NCBI GenBank assembly: GCA_016201265.1
Contig: JACQDD010000210.1
Coordinates: 3,102 to 67,101 of the forward strand
From: Terriglobales bacterium
Lineage (GTDB): Bacteria > Acidobacteriota > Terriglobia > Terriglobales > Acidobacteriaceae
Reading direction: 5' to 3'
Length of the DNA stretch: 64,000 nucleotides
Positions 1-10,759 of this stretch are shown here, piece by piece (within the stretch, counting starts at the first letter, position 1; each line of letters opens with the position of its first letter). A program made the position numbers and the translations under genes. The notes beneath the pieces are model-generated. The model did not search any database, was not told the DNA's origin, and worked only from the letters and a program-made list of their open reading frames with translations.

Positions 1-270
1 CAGCCAGGTTTCGGGGTCGCCGCCCAGCGAGACCACGTCTGCGACGTGCGCGGCGGTGTGGCGTTTCGCCGAAATGATTTCCAGCCGGACCCGGATTCCC
101 TTTGGAACCGCGCGGTGGATGATCAATCCGCAGCCGTGGGCGTTCACCAGGGTGGTTTGGCACGGTTCAGAAAACACCAGCCCGGATTCCAGGCTGGTCA
201 TCAGGACGGGGATTTCCAACGGCAGTCTCGTACTGCGTCGAATCGCGAGCTGTTCCTGAGAAGCGCTCAC
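1..270 (-). CDS. PilZ domain protein, N-terminal part only (runs off left window edge)
   Basis: The minus-strand frame is open from GTG at 270 to position 1 (90 codons); it is absent from the ORF track because it is truncated. My translation is VSASQEQLAIRRSTRLPLEIPVLMTS...TLVNAHGCGLIIH. It shows a PilZ-type RRxxxR motif and an N-x-x-G-x-G-like second motif. Confidence 0.45.
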   Translation of the reverse strand, partial: MSASQEQLAIRRSTRLPLEIPVLMTSLESGLVFSEPCQTTLVNAHGCGLIIHRAVPKGIRVRLEIISAKRHTAAHVADVVSLGGDPETWL

Positions 271-433
271 TACCGTATCTCGACCACCCGGCCGCAAGAA
301 ACCATGCTAGAACACTGGAAAACCGGCAGGTACAAGATTCCAGCGGCGCTGGTTTCCAGTTAGGTACGTCCCGGCGACGTTGGTCAGCGATGGCGCTGGC
401 TGGTTGGTTCTCGCCGCCGGGGATGGTTCGGAA

Positions 434-661
434 TCAGCCGCCGGCTTTGACGGCAGGTTCGGCGGCCTGGAAACCGATCTTGCTGTGGGTTCCGTCGCAG
501 AAAGGCTTGTTGACCGATCCGCCGCAACGGCATAGAGAGAAGGCCGGTTTGCCGGTGAGATCGTACTTGTTACCGTTGGGGTCAACAACCTCGACGAGAC
601 CATTGGGGTCTTCAACGCGAAAAGGGCCGTTGGGGCGAACCGTGATTTTGACTTGCGCCAT
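434..661 (-). CDS. CDGSH iron-sulfur domain protein
   Basis: 75 aa. The C-terminal CRCGGSVNKPFCDGTHSKIG is the CDGSH [2Fe-2S] signature. Confidence 0.85.
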   Translation of the reverse strand: MAQVKITVRPNGPFRVEDPNGLVEVVDPNGNKYDLTGKPAFSLCRCGGSVNKPFCDGTHSKIGFQAAEPAVKAGG

Positions 662-713
662 GGAGCCTCCGGTTGGAATGGGAGATTCTAAAAACTATCA
701 CAGGTCTTGGTTC

Positions 714-797
714 AAGTTCTCGGTTCTCAGTTCTCGGTTCTCAGTCAGAAGCCAAACGGTTTTCAACTGAGAACTGGGAACCGGGAACTGAGAACTT
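714..797. repeat. Heptamer-array inverted pair (GTTCTCG/GTTCTCA units) forming a 30-bp stem hairpin
   Basis: Positions 714-744 pair with 767-797. Across 715-744 I count 25 Watson-Crick pairs, 4 G:T pairs and 1 mismatch, and a714:t797 adds one more pair; the loop is 22 nt. It lies between the ydcF-like stop and the CDGSH start. Confidence 0.9.
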
Positions 798-800
798 CTC

Positions 801-1370
801 TTACCGCCAGCGGTCTACGGCTTCCCACCAGGTGAGTTTGACCCATTCGTCGAGAGTGGTTTTGGCCCATTCGCGGTTGGTCCACCAGAAAGTGCCGAAA
901 TGGGTGGGATCCTGCGCGGCGGCGACGGTGAACTGGTACTGCGGAAGGCGGTGGCGAAAGATGCGCAAGGCGCGTCGCGAGTGGGACGCGGAGGTCACGA
1001 TCAGCACGGTGTGCACGCCGCGCGACTGGAGACAGCGGTTCACGTCGTCGCTTTCGGCGTAGGTGGAGAGGCCGGTAATGGGGCACACGGAAATGCGCTC
1101 TCTTTCCGGAAGGGAGTCGGTGTAGCGCTGTGCCACATCGGTGAGACGCTGATCGTAGACCAGGTCGCGAGCTTCCACATCCAGAAAAACGTGGGGAGCC
1201 ATTCCTTGACGGAGAAGTTGTAGAGCGTGGGCAGGGCGGACGGAAGTTTCTCCGGCAAGCACGATGATGGCGTCAGATTTTTGCGGTTCGTCCACGACGA
1301 GAAAACGGCCCGCCTGGGTGGCGAGGGCGACGAGGATCAGGAGCAAGACAAGCAGTCCACGGATGCGCAT
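801..1370 (-). CDS. YdcF/DUF218 (ElyC/SanA-like) family protein with signal anchor
   Basis: 189 aa with a hydrophobic N-terminus. The AIIVLAGE...VLIVTSASHSRRA pattern is typical of DUF218. Confidence 0.8.
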   Translation of the reverse strand: MRIRGLLVLLLILVALATQAGRFLVVDEPQKSDAIIVLAGETSVRPAHALQLLRQGMAPHVFLDVEARDLVYDQRLTDVAQRYTDSLPERERISVCPITGLSTYAESDDVNRCLQSRGVHTVLIVTSASHSRRALRIFRHRLPQYQFTVAAAQDPTHFGTFWWTNREWAKTTLDEWVKLTWWEAVDRWR

Positions 1371-1521
1371 GCTACGCGCATGTTACTAAGGAAATCGGTA
1401 TCGGGTCGAATTCGATTACGCGAGTAATCACACGATCGGGCTATTCGAAAACAATCCCGCTAAAAGCCGCGTCTTCCGCGGTGAATTCAGCGCGTTCGAT
1501 GCTAAACTTCTGGTCTGACTT

Positions 1522-2880
1522 ATGACTGCTCAACTGACCTCTTCTTCTCTCTTGGCTGACCTAAAAAGCCGCATTGAAGCCCGCAAGGCGCGGGTGGGAA
1601 TCATCGGCCTGGGCTACGTGGGATTGCCGCTGGCACTGCTCTACAGCGAACAGAAGTTTCCTGTGACGGGGTTCGACATTGACCAGAAAAAGGTCGAAAC
1701 GCTGGCCAAGGGCGGTTCGTACATCTTCCGCATTTCGCCGGAGGAGATCCAGTCGGCGAAGACGAGCGGGTTCAACGCCACGTCGGACTACGCTCGCATC
1801 ACCGAAATGGACGCCATCATTATTTGCGTGCCGACGCCGCTGAACGAGTATCACGAACCCGACCTGAGCTACATCACGAATACCGCCCACGCGGTGGCGC
1901 CGCATCTGCGCGCCGGGCAGATCGTCATTCTGGAGAGCACGACCTACCCGGGCACCACCGAAGAAGTGATGGTTCCGATCCTGGAGAAAGAGAACCGGGC
2001 GGGACTGAAGGCGTCGCGCCAGAGCGCGGCCAGTGATCAGGAATTCTGGGTTGCGTTTTCGCCGGAGCGCGAAGATCCGGGCAATACCTCAGTGGCCAGG
2101 CACGACATCCCCAAAGTGATCGGGGGCCTGGACAAGCAAGCGAGCGAAATCGCAGGGGTGTTGTACGGTTCGATCTTCCGGCGCACGGTTCCGGTGTCGT
2201 CACCGGCGGCGGCGGAGATGACGAAACTGCTGGAGAACATCTACCGCTGCGTAAATATCGCGCTGGTGAACGAACTGAAGCTGCTCTGCCTGCGCATGAA
2301 CCTGGATATCTGGGAGATCATTGACGCGGCCTCGACCAAGCCTTTCGGCTTTCACCCGTTTTATCCGGGACCGGGACTGGGCGGACATTGCATTCCGGTC
2401 GACCCGTTCTACCTGTCGTGGAAGGCGAAGGAGTTCGACTTTCGCACGCGCTTCATCGAACTGGCCGGCGAAGTCAACACGGCGATGCCGTATCACGTGA
2501 TCACTGCGACGATCAGCGCGCTGAACCAGCAGAAGAAGGCGATCAATGGGTCGAAAGTGCTGGTGCTGGGCGTCGCGTACAAGAAGGACATTGACGATCT
2601 GCGGGAATCGCCGGCGCTGACCATCATCGAACTGTTGCAGAAGGAAGGCGCGGAAGTGAGCTACCACGATCCCTACTTCCCGTTCGTGGGCCGGGGCCGC
2701 AAGTACGATTTACAGATGACGCGGTCCTCGCTCGACAACCTGGGACAGTATGACTGCGTGCTGATCGTGACCGATCACACGGATTACGACTACAAGCGGA
2801 TCGTGAACGAGGCGAAATTGGTAGTGGATTCGCGCAACGCCACGCGCGGGATCCAGAGCGAGAAGATCGTGCACTGCTAG
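1522..2880 (+). CDS. Nucleotide-sugar dehydrogenase (UDP-glucose/GDP-mannose dehydrogenase family, WecC/WbpA-like)
   Basis: 452 aa. It has an N-terminal Rossmann motif GIIGLGYVGLPLA, the catalytic region GPGLGGHCIPVDP, and the family C-terminal domain. Confidence 0.9.
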   Translation: MTAQLTSSSLLADLKSRIEARKARVGIIGLGYVGLPLALLYSEQKFPVTGFDIDQKKVETLAKGGSYIFRISPEEIQSAKTSGFNATSDYARITEMDAIIICVPTPLNEYHEPDLSYITNTAHAVAPHLRAGQIVILESTTYPGTTEEVMVPILEKENRAGLKASRQSAASDQEFWVAFSPEREDPGNTSVARHDIPKVIGGLDKQASEIAGVLYGSIFRRTVPVSSPAAAEMTKLLENIYRCVNIALVNELKLLCLRMNLDIWEIIDAASTKPFGFHPFYPGPGLGGHCIPVDPFYLSWKAKEFDFRTRFIELAGEVNTAMPYHVITATISALNQQKKAINGSKVLVLGVAYKKDIDDLRESPALTIIELLQKEGAEVSYHDPYFPFVGRGRKYDLQMTRSSLDNLGQYDCVLIVTDHTDYDYKRIVNEAKLVVDSRNATRGIQSEKIVHC

Positions 2881-2904
2881 GCCGAGAGCAGGTTTCGGTT
2901 TCGG

Positions 2905-2937
2905 GGCGGCATGCCAGTCATGCCGCCTTTTTCTTTG
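2905..2937 (+). terminator. Rho-independent terminator after the dehydrogenase gene
   Basis: GGCGGCATG-ccagt-CATGCCGCC followed by TTTTTCTTTG. Confidence 0.75.
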
Positions 2938-3058
2938 CTTTGGGGCGGGCACGGGAAGGCTTGCGCTGTGCTAGTATTCGGCGTTGGCTGCGGCCCCGTC
3001 GGGAGTGATCGGGTTCCGGGGCCGCGCACAAAACCGGCAGTTTTCATACGGTGCCCCG

Positions 3059-4309
3059 ATGAAGGATACGCTCGGAGTCCTGCTCGCCGGAGGCGCGGGC
3101 GAGCGTCTCTATCCGCTGACCCGCGATCGTGCCAAGCCGGCCGTCACCTTTGGCGGCATCTACCGCATCATTGACATCACGCTGTCGAATTGCCTGAACT
3201 CGGGCTTACGCCGCGTCCACATCCTGACCCAATACAAGGCGCTCTCTCTCAACCGGCACATCCGCGAGGGTTGGAATATCTTTGGCCGGGAGATCGGCGA
3301 GTTCATCGAAATCCTGCCGCCCATGAAGCGGGTAAGCGAGAACTGGTACATGGGAACGGCGGACGCGGTCTATCAGAACATCTATTCGATCGGCTCGGAG
3401 CAGCCGAAGCATGTGCTGATCCTGTCGGGCGATCACATCTACAAGATGGATTACGGGCGCATGCTGCAGCAGCACAAAGATGCCGGCGCCGATGTGACGG
3501 TGGCCACCATTCTGGTGGACCCGGCGGAATGCCACCATTTCGGCGTGGTCGAAATTGACCGCACCAGCCGGATCGTCGGTTTCCAGGAAAAGCCCAAGCA
3601 GACCGATCTGCGTTCGCCTTACGACCCGACGAAAATTTCGGCATCGATGGGCGTCTATCTTTTCAATACCGATGTGCTCATCCCGGTGCTGCTGAAGGAC
3701 GCCGAGGATCCGGACTCGAGCCATGACTTCGGCAAGAACATTCTGCCCAAGATGCTCGACGACTACCGTGTGTTCTCGTTCAACTTCGTGGACGAGAACA
3801 AAAAGGAAGCGCAGTACTGGCGGGACGTGGGGACGCTGGAGGCGTACTACGAAGCCAACATGGACCTGGTGTCGGTGTCGCCGGTGTTCAATCTGTACGA
3901 CGAGCACTGGCCCATCCGGACGCACCAGCGGCAGTATCCGCCGGCGAAGTTTGTCTTTGCCGAAGCGGCGCGCATGGGACACGCGCTGGATTCGCTGGTG
4001 TCCCAGGGCTGCATCATCTCGGGCGGCACGGTGCAGGAATGCGTGATCTCGCCGGATGTGCGAGTGAACTCGTTCAGCGAGGTCGAGGCGAGCATTCTGT
4101 TCTCCCACGTAAACGTGGGACGCCGTTGCAAGATCCGGAGGGCGATCCTCGACCGGGACGTGCACATTCCGGAAGGAACAACCATCGGATACGACGCCGA
4201 AGCCGACCGCGAGCGCTATTTTGTGACCGACAGCGGCATCACGGTGGTGACACGCGACTACTCGCTATTTGAGAATCCGGTGACGGTGGATTACTTTACG
4301 AGCGAGTAG
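3059..4309 (+). CDS. glgC: Glucose-1-phosphate adenylyltransferase
   Basis: MKDTLGVLLAGGAGERLYPLTRDRAKPAV is the GlgC N-terminal signature, and similarity runs the full length. I prefer the ATG at 3059 to the track start at 2984, which adds an unconserved 25 aa. Confidence 0.9.
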   Translation: MKDTLGVLLAGGAGERLYPLTRDRAKPAVTFGGIYRIIDITLSNCLNSGLRRVHILTQYKALSLNRHIREGWNIFGREIGEFIEILPPMKRVSENWYMGTADAVYQNIYSIGSEQPKHVLILSGDHIYKMDYGRMLQQHKDAGADVTVATILVDPAECHHFGVVEIDRTSRIVGFQEKPKQTDLRSPYDPTKISASMGVYLFNTDVLIPVLLKDAEDPDSSHDFGKNILPKMLDDYRVFSFNFVDENKKEAQYWRDVGTLEAYYEANMDLVSVSPVFNLYDEHWPIRTHQRQYPPAKFVFAEAARMGHALDSLVSQGCIISGGTVQECVISPDVRVNSFSEVEASILFSHVNVGRRCKIRRAILDRDVHIPEGTTIGYDAEADRERYFVTDSGITVVTRDYSLFENPVTVDYFTSE

Positions 4310-4400
4310 TTCGGAGTTCGTAGTTCGGAGTTCGGTTTCCAGGCCAAGTTTCGGTTGAACCTGGTTCACACAAACTACGAACTACCAACTACGAACTACC
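4307..4400. repeat. Heptamer-array inverted pair (GTTCGGA/GTTCGTA units) forming a roughly 29-bp stem hairpin
   Basis: Left array GTAGTTCGGAGTTCGTAGTTCGGAGTTCGG; right array CAAACTACGAACTACCAACTACGAACTACC. They pair at 25 of 29 positions with a roughly 34-nt loop. The element begins at the glgC TAG stop. Confidence 0.9.
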
Positions 4401-4407
4401 GCTTTCT

Positions 4408-5058
4408 ATGGCTTTCGACCTGCGGCGCCTTTTCAAGAAAGAAAAACAGGAACACCGGATTCTGCGGCAGATGGAGCGGGGCGACCGCCTCCAGCCGGAG
4501 TATCACCGCGCTACGCCGGAGTGTCCGCACCCGGAGTGGTGGAGCATGTTCGATTCGATGACCGCCGAGGTCGAGGTGCTGGAGTTTCTGCGCGTTGTGA
4601 TCACCACCATCAAGCCGGAACTGGTGGTGGAAACGGGGACGTTCAGCGGCATCAGCACGCTCTGGATGGCCGAGGGGCTGAAGGCCAACGGGCGCGGACG
4701 GATTATCACCTGCGAGTTCGATGCCAAGGTTTATGAGAGTGCGAAGGCGCGGATCGCCGCTTCGGGACTGGCGGAGTGGATCGAATTGCGGAATGAATCG
4801 AGCCTGGAGATGAAGGTCGAGGGTACGATTGACCTTTTTTTCAGCGACAGCGACATGCCGATCCGAGAGGAGGAGATCCGGCGGTTTTTGCCGCAGATCA
4901 ATCCGTACGGATTGATTCTGATGCATGACGCCAGCTCCCATTTGAAGATCGTGCGCGAGGCCGCGCTGAAACTGGAGCGCGAGGGGCTGATCTCGGTGGT
5001 GCTGCTGCGGACGCCGCGCGGGCTGGTGGTGGCGCAGAAGCGGGAGGGGCGGAGATAG
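4408..5058 (+). CDS. Class I SAM-dependent methyltransferase (O-methyltransferase/Methyltransf_24-like)
   Basis: 216 aa. VVETGTFSGISTLWMAEG is glycine-rich motif I, and the fold-typical DLFFSDSD and ILMHD motifs are present. Confidence 0.7.
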   Translation: MAFDLRRLFKKEKQEHRILRQMERGDRLQPEYHRATPECPHPEWWSMFDSMTAEVEVLEFLRVVITTIKPELVVETGTFSGISTLWMAEGLKANGRGRIITCEFDAKVYESAKARIAASGLAEWIELRNESSLEMKVEGTIDLFFSDSDMPIREEEIRRFLPQINPYGLILMHDASSHLKIVREAALKLEREGLISVVLLRTPRGLVVAQKREGRR

Positions 5059-5147
5059 AGCCCTGAAGGTGATCCCGAGCCTTGCGCTGTGCGCGGTTCG
5101 GCGTTACGATGCGCGCTGAATATCCTTTGCGTTTCACAGAGGTTGCC

Positions 5148-6278
5148 ATGGTTCGTGCCGCCGTCGTCGTTGCTCTTCTGTGCTTCTCGCTGTTTTCCTT
5201 CGCTCAGCTCGACAAGATTGTGATCCCGGCGGGCACGCCCGAAGATAAGGCGCTGGCCGAGATCTCGAACGAGCAGGATGCGCAGAAGAAAGTCGCCATG
5301 TACGAAGACTTCGTGCAGAAGTTTTCGGGGAATCCCGCGGCGGTGGCATATGGCAACTGGCAGATCGCGCAGTCGTACCAGACCGACGGCAATCTGGAAA
5401 AAGCACTGAGCTATGGAGACAAGGCGCTGGCAGCCGTGCCGACGAATCTCGACATCCTGGTTTCGCAGACCAACATCGCGCAGCAGATGAAATCGAACGC
5501 GAAGGTGATGGAATATGCGACGCGGGGGGGAAAAGCGTACAACTCGGTGGCGCAGACGCCGAAACCCGAGGGCATGACGGACGAGCTATTCGCGCAACGC
5601 GTTGCCGAAGCCAAGGAGAGCAACAAGAGTTCCTACGAATTCCTGGAAACGGCGGCCTTCAACACCATCGCCGATGAGAAAGACGCGAAGACGCGCATGA
5701 ACTACATCGAGCGTTTCACGCCGGCGTTTCCCGCTTCGCGCTTCGACGAGCCGGTCACGCAGTACGCGATATACACGCTGGGACAGTTGAACGATTCGGC
5801 GCGGCTGTTCTCGTACGGAGAAAAGGCGCTGGCGGCCAATCCGAACAGCATGCCGACGATGCTGCTGCTGGCGAACACATATGTGGAAGACACACGTCCG
5901 GCCAGTTGGGCAAAGGCCATCACCTACTCGCAGAAAGTGATCGAGTTGGCGAAGGCGGATGCTCCGGACGCGGACCGGTCGCGCAAACTCTCCGGGGGCG
6001 TGGCACATTCCACGCTGGGTTACGCCTACGCCAAGCAGGAAAAGGCAGCGGCGGCAATCCCGGAACTGAAAACGGCGGCGGCGCTGCTGAAGGGCCAGGA
6101 CGACGTGGCCTACGCGACTGCGCTTTACCGGCTGGGCTGGGCCTACGCGAAGACCAACAGGACCGCCGAGGCCCGCGCGGTGCTCGAAGAGGCGGTAAAG
6201 ATTCCAGGGCCGCTGCAGGGGCCGTGCCGGGAATTGCTGGCCAAGGTGAATGCCTCCAGGACCGCGAAGCCGAAATAG
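5148..6278 (+). CDS. Secreted TPR-repeat protein
   Basis: The ATG at 5148 gives the signal peptide MVRAAVVVALLCFSLFSFAQ. Repeated A-x-x-Y/ALxxxP helical TPR-like units follow. Confidence 0.7.
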   Translation: MVRAAVVVALLCFSLFSFAQLDKIVIPAGTPEDKALAEISNEQDAQKKVAMYEDFVQKFSGNPAAVAYGNWQIAQSYQTDGNLEKALSYGDKALAAVPTNLDILVSQTNIAQQMKSNAKVMEYATRGGKAYNSVAQTPKPEGMTDELFAQRVAEAKESNKSSYEFLETAAFNTIADEKDAKTRMNYIERFTPAFPASRFDEPVTQYAIYTLGQLNDSARLFSYGEKALAANPNSMPTMLLLANTYVEDTRPASWAKAITYSQKVIELAKADAPDADRSRKLSGGVAHSTLGYAYAKQEKAAAAIPELKTAAALLKGQDDVAYATALYRLGWAYAKTNRTAEARAVLEEAVKIPGPLQGPCRELLAKVNASRTAKPK

Positions 6279-6312
6279 TCGACCATCAAATATAATCTGC
6301 GCCCTCGGCCGC

Positions 6313-6386
6313 TTTCTCGGCGCTCGCGCCGTTTCAAAGCTTTTGACCGCGAGAGGACGCATAGGTCTCGCGGAGTTCGCTGAGAC
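6313..6386. repeat. Dispersed REP-like element (core AAAGCTTTTGACCGC...GAGTTCGCTG), copy A
   Basis: The core at 6336-6382 aligns at roughly 85-88% identity with 51381-51426. Confidence 0.8.
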
Positions 6387-6412
6387 GAACTTCCACCCCA
6401 CGAAAAACCGCT

Positions 6413-6970
6413 CTAGTGCTTCACCAGATCATCGGAGAGCAGGTGGGCTTTGAGGGCCAGGGTGTGGGCTCTCGGGGTGTCACCGTCTTTGAGTGCGGAA
6501 CGGGCGCCGTCCATGTAGGAGCGGATCTGACCTATCGTTTCCTGCTGCGTGGCGGTCAGCGTTCGTCCGGCAAGCTGCTTGAGATTGGTTTCCGTCGAAG
6601 TCAGCAACTGCTCTGCGTTCTGGCGCTGATGGCTGGCTTCTTCCTGCGTAATGCCGGGTACGATTTGTGCCGGAGGCTCACTCGCGCCGCCCTGATGGAC
6701 GACGATCTTGCGGGGCTCGCCGGGGGCGGTTGCCGGCTTATGAGCGCGGCGTTTGCGGGCCTTGGCTGTGGCGGGGCTCTTCTTCTTCGGAGCTTCCTTC
6801 TGGGTTGCGGGCTGGGTTTGGTTGGCGGGCGGAGACTGGGTGTTCTCCGCTGGAGTCGAAGGCGGAGCCTGCGCGGCGGAATCCGAGGGAGGAGGGGAGT
6901 CCTGTTGGGTCAGCAGGGAGCTGACGGAGAACACTGTCAGTGCGGTGGCGAGTATGCAGGCCAAGTACAT
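6413..6970 (-). CDS. Hypothetical secreted protein (Pro/Ala/Gln-rich linker plus C-terminal helical domain)
   Basis: The ORF has a signal-like MYLACILATALTVFSVSS from the internal ATG at 6970. It shows coding-like GC3, and I recognise no family. Confidence 0.5.
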   Translation of the reverse strand: MYLACILATALTVFSVSSLLTQQDSPPPSDSAAQAPPSTPAENTQSPPANQTQPATQKEAPKKKSPATAKARKRRAHKPATAPGEPRKIVVHQGGASEPPAQIVPGITQEEASHQRQNAEQLLTSTETNLKQLAGRTLTATQQETIGQIRSYMDGARSALKDGDTPRAHTLALKAHLLSDDLVKH

Positions 6971-7099
6971 CGGCCGTCCCTCCGGGACTGGACTTGAATT
7001 CCTCACTTCTCCCAGCGCTGAAGCGCGGGGCTAAGTTCGGCCGCCCCTCTTGGGGCTTGTTCAGCAGCAGGCAGCTTTAGTGTAACTCTGTGCCCGCGG

Positions 7100-8971
7100 T
7101 CACGAGCGGGCGGCGGCTTGGGTCGGGGCATTGGCAGGCTGCGTCAGCGCCGGCAGACGCAAGCGGAAGGTGGTGCCGACGCCGACGGTGGATTCGAAAT
7201 CCACCTTGCCATGGTGCCACTCTACGTACTGGGAGGCCTGCGCCAGCCCGATCCCGCTTCCGCCCTTATCTTTCCTGGTGGTGAAGTAGAGTTGAAAAAT
7301 TTTTCCCTGAAGCTCGGGAGGAATGCCGCAGCCCTGGTCGCGTACTTCGGTGAGGATAGTGTCGTCCTCGCGATGAGCGGCAAGAGTCAGCGTTCCGCCC
7401 TGGGGCATGGCCTGCACTCCGTTCAATACCAGGTTCAGAACCGCCTGCTTCATGAGATCGAAGTCGACGCGCACCAGGAGAGGCTCGCCGGGCAACTCGC
7501 GGGCCAGGCGCACGCCGTGCTGCTCGGCATCGGGGGTGGCAAGAAGCGAGACGTCTTCCAGAATTTTTCGCATATCCACCTCTTGCTCGCGGAGTTCGCG
7601 CGGGCGCGTGAAATCCACCAGGGTCTGCACCACGTCATCGAGGCGGTGGATCTCGTCGCCGATGACGTCCATATGGCGCCGGGTCTCGGGATCTGCGCGC
7701 TGCATCTTGTTCTGAAGCAATTGCAGGTGCAGCACGATGGCATTCATGGGGTTCTTGACCTCGTGGGCTACCTCTTTCGTCTGGCGGCCGCTGACCGACA
7801 GGCGGCGGGAGATTTCGATTTCATCTTCAATGCGGTGCACCGACTCGAGATCACGCATGATAAGCAGAGCCCCGATGGAGGAGCCTTTTTCGTGGATGAA
7901 ATCGAGCGAGACCTGAACGCGACGTTTGTCGGCGGCATCGAATTCGTACTGCGCAAGAGGACGTTGCTGCAGGAAAGCCGGCAGCACGACGGCACCCAAG
8001 TGGGAACCGTCGGAAAAAATCTCTTCGGCGCTGCGTCCCAGGATTTCTTGGCGGGGCCGGCCGAGGAACTTTTCCGCGGAGGCGCTGACCAGCACGACGT
8101 GGGAATCGCGGGTGAAGAGCATGAGGCCATCCTGCAGATTGGCCATGACCTGCTCGACGTTGTCCTTGAGGGCGGAGAAGATCTGGTTGGTGTCGCGGAT
8201 CTGGCGGCCGAGGTGGGCAATTTTCAAGGAGACGAGGCCGACTTCGTCGGCGGCAGAATCGTCGGCGGGCAGCATCTCGGTTGCTCCGGCGCTGGCGCTG
8301 TCGAGGTTGCGCGCGATTCTCTTTAAAGGTCCCAGGGCGACGTTCGAGATCACCGCGGACAGCACTAGCGAACAGAAGATGGCGACGACGCAGAAGAATG
8401 CTGCCTGCTGCAGGCGGGGGTTGAGTTCGTTGCGGAGAAAAACCGTCGCGACTCCGACACGGACGCTGCCGAAGGGCTGGCCGCCGAGTTCCAAGGGGAT
8501 GCTCACGTCATACACAGTGGCGGGGCTGTAGAGCATGCGCAACTGGCGGCGGAAGCCGGCATCGCGCAAGACGATCAGGTCGGGGCGAGGCGGAACGGGT
8601 TTGCCGTTGAGCGCGGGATTGGTGTCGAGGATGGCGATGCCGGTGGGATCAACGATGGCGGCGTCGTAGATGATCTGCGAATTTCCGACGACGGACTCGA
8701 GCATGTCGTTCAGGTTGGTGTCGGTCTGGAGGTAGTCGGAAACGGCGGCGCGCAGGGCCTTAGGATTGGCGGTATCGACTCGGGTGCTGGAAAGATCGGG
8801 GACGGCCTTGGAGGCGGCGTACTCCAACTGGCGGGTGAGCATGGAGGCAGTTTCGTCGGCCCAGAGCATGCGTTGCCGCAGCAATTGCGAGAGATAGATC
8901 CAGGAAAAGCCGAACACCAACGCGGTGATGAGCGTGGTGATCACGAACACGATAATGGCTTTGCGGCTCAT
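7100..8971 (-). CDS. Sensor histidine kinase (TM-periplasmic-TM, HAMP, PAS, HisKA, HATPase_c; NtrB/AtoS-like)
   Basis: 623 aa. It has the H-box EVAHEVKNPMNAI, the N-box LNLVLNGVQAM and the G-boxes DQGCGI...GGSGIGL. It lies directly downstream of the NtrC-type regulator. Confidence 0.9.
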   Translation of the reverse strand: MSRKAIIVFVITTLITALVFGFSWIYLSQLLRQRMLWADETASMLTRQLEYAASKAVPDLSSTRVDTANPKALRAAVSDYLQTDTNLNDMLESVVGNSQIIYDAAIVDPTGIAILDTNPALNGKPVPPRPDLIVLRDAGFRRQLRMLYSPATVYDVSIPLELGGQPFGSVRVGVATVFLRNELNPRLQQAAFFCVVAIFCSLVLSAVISNVALGPLKRIARNLDSASAGATEMLPADDSAADEVGLVSLKIAHLGRQIRDTNQIFSALKDNVEQVMANLQDGLMLFTRDSHVVLVSASAEKFLGRPRQEILGRSAEEIFSDGSHLGAVVLPAFLQQRPLAQYEFDAADKRRVQVSLDFIHEKGSSIGALLIMRDLESVHRIEDEIEISRRLSVSGRQTKEVAHEVKNPMNAIVLHLQLLQNKMQRADPETRRHMDVIGDEIHRLDDVVQTLVDFTRPRELREQEVDMRKILEDVSLLATPDAEQHGVRLARELPGEPLLVRVDFDLMKQAVLNLVLNGVQAMPQGGTLTLAAHREDDTILTEVRDQGCGIPPELQGKIFQLYFTTRKDKGGSGIGLAQASQYVEWHHGKVDFESTVGVGTTFRLRLPALTQPANAPTQAAARS

Positions 8972-8980
8972 GGTTAGAAA

Positions 8981-9074
8981 ACCAGTTCCCAGTTCTCAGT
9001 TCTCGGTTCTCAGCAAGAGCACAGGGGTTTCAGGCAGGACTGAAAACTGAGAACTGGGATCTGAGAACTGGTTC
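8981..9074. repeat. Heptamer-array inverted pair (same GTTCTCR unit family as 714-797)
   Basis: ACCAGTTCCCAGTTCTCAGTTCTCGGTTCTCAG ... CTGAAAACTGAGAACTGGGATCTGAGAACTGGT pair at 28 of 33 positions. The element fills the gap between the response-regulator stop (9082) and the kinase start (8971). Confidence 0.9.
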
Positions 9075-9081
9075 TTACGCG

Positions 9082-10473
<1,392 letters not shown>

Positions 10474-10759
10474 AGGCCCAAACCGTTATTATTCAGCCTG
10501 CGGCGCTGGCTCGCAACCCAGGGGAAGCGCGGGAGCATATCAATTTGAGATGCGCCTGACAGGGAGGGGGGGGAACTACGGTTGGCGACAGCCACTGGCA
10601 ATGCTGATTCGCCTTCGGTGATTCTTCCCCTTTTCGCGGAGCGCAGGCTTGCTGTAGAATTCAGAGTTCCCAGGGCGACCAAATCCTTTCGTGCCCTCAG
10701 GCTCCGTTATTCTGTTCGTTTACTACATACTTCGCAGTGGAATCGATTCGGAGGATTTT

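Noticed and set aside
46-363. 105-aa and 67-aa plus-strand ORFs at the left edge, and the 102-aa minus-strand ORF at 307-615
   Set aside because: They have no motifs. The first two are antisense to the PilZ-like frame, and the third overlaps the CDGSH gene in another frame.
2984-3058. Upstream extension of glgC (track ORF start at 2984)
   Set aside because: The extension (MAAAPSGVIGFRGRAQNRQFSYGAP) is not part of the conserved GlgC N-terminus, which begins at MKDTLGVLLAGG (ATG at 3059).
10600-10660. Possible sigma-54 promoter (CTGGCAATGCTGATTCGC) and sigma-70 -10 (TAGAAT) upstream of the OmpA-like gene
   Set aside because: The sigma-54-like string has TC where the invariant -12 GC is required. 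The TAGAAT hexamer has only a weak -35 partner (TTCGCG). This is too weak to report as a feature.
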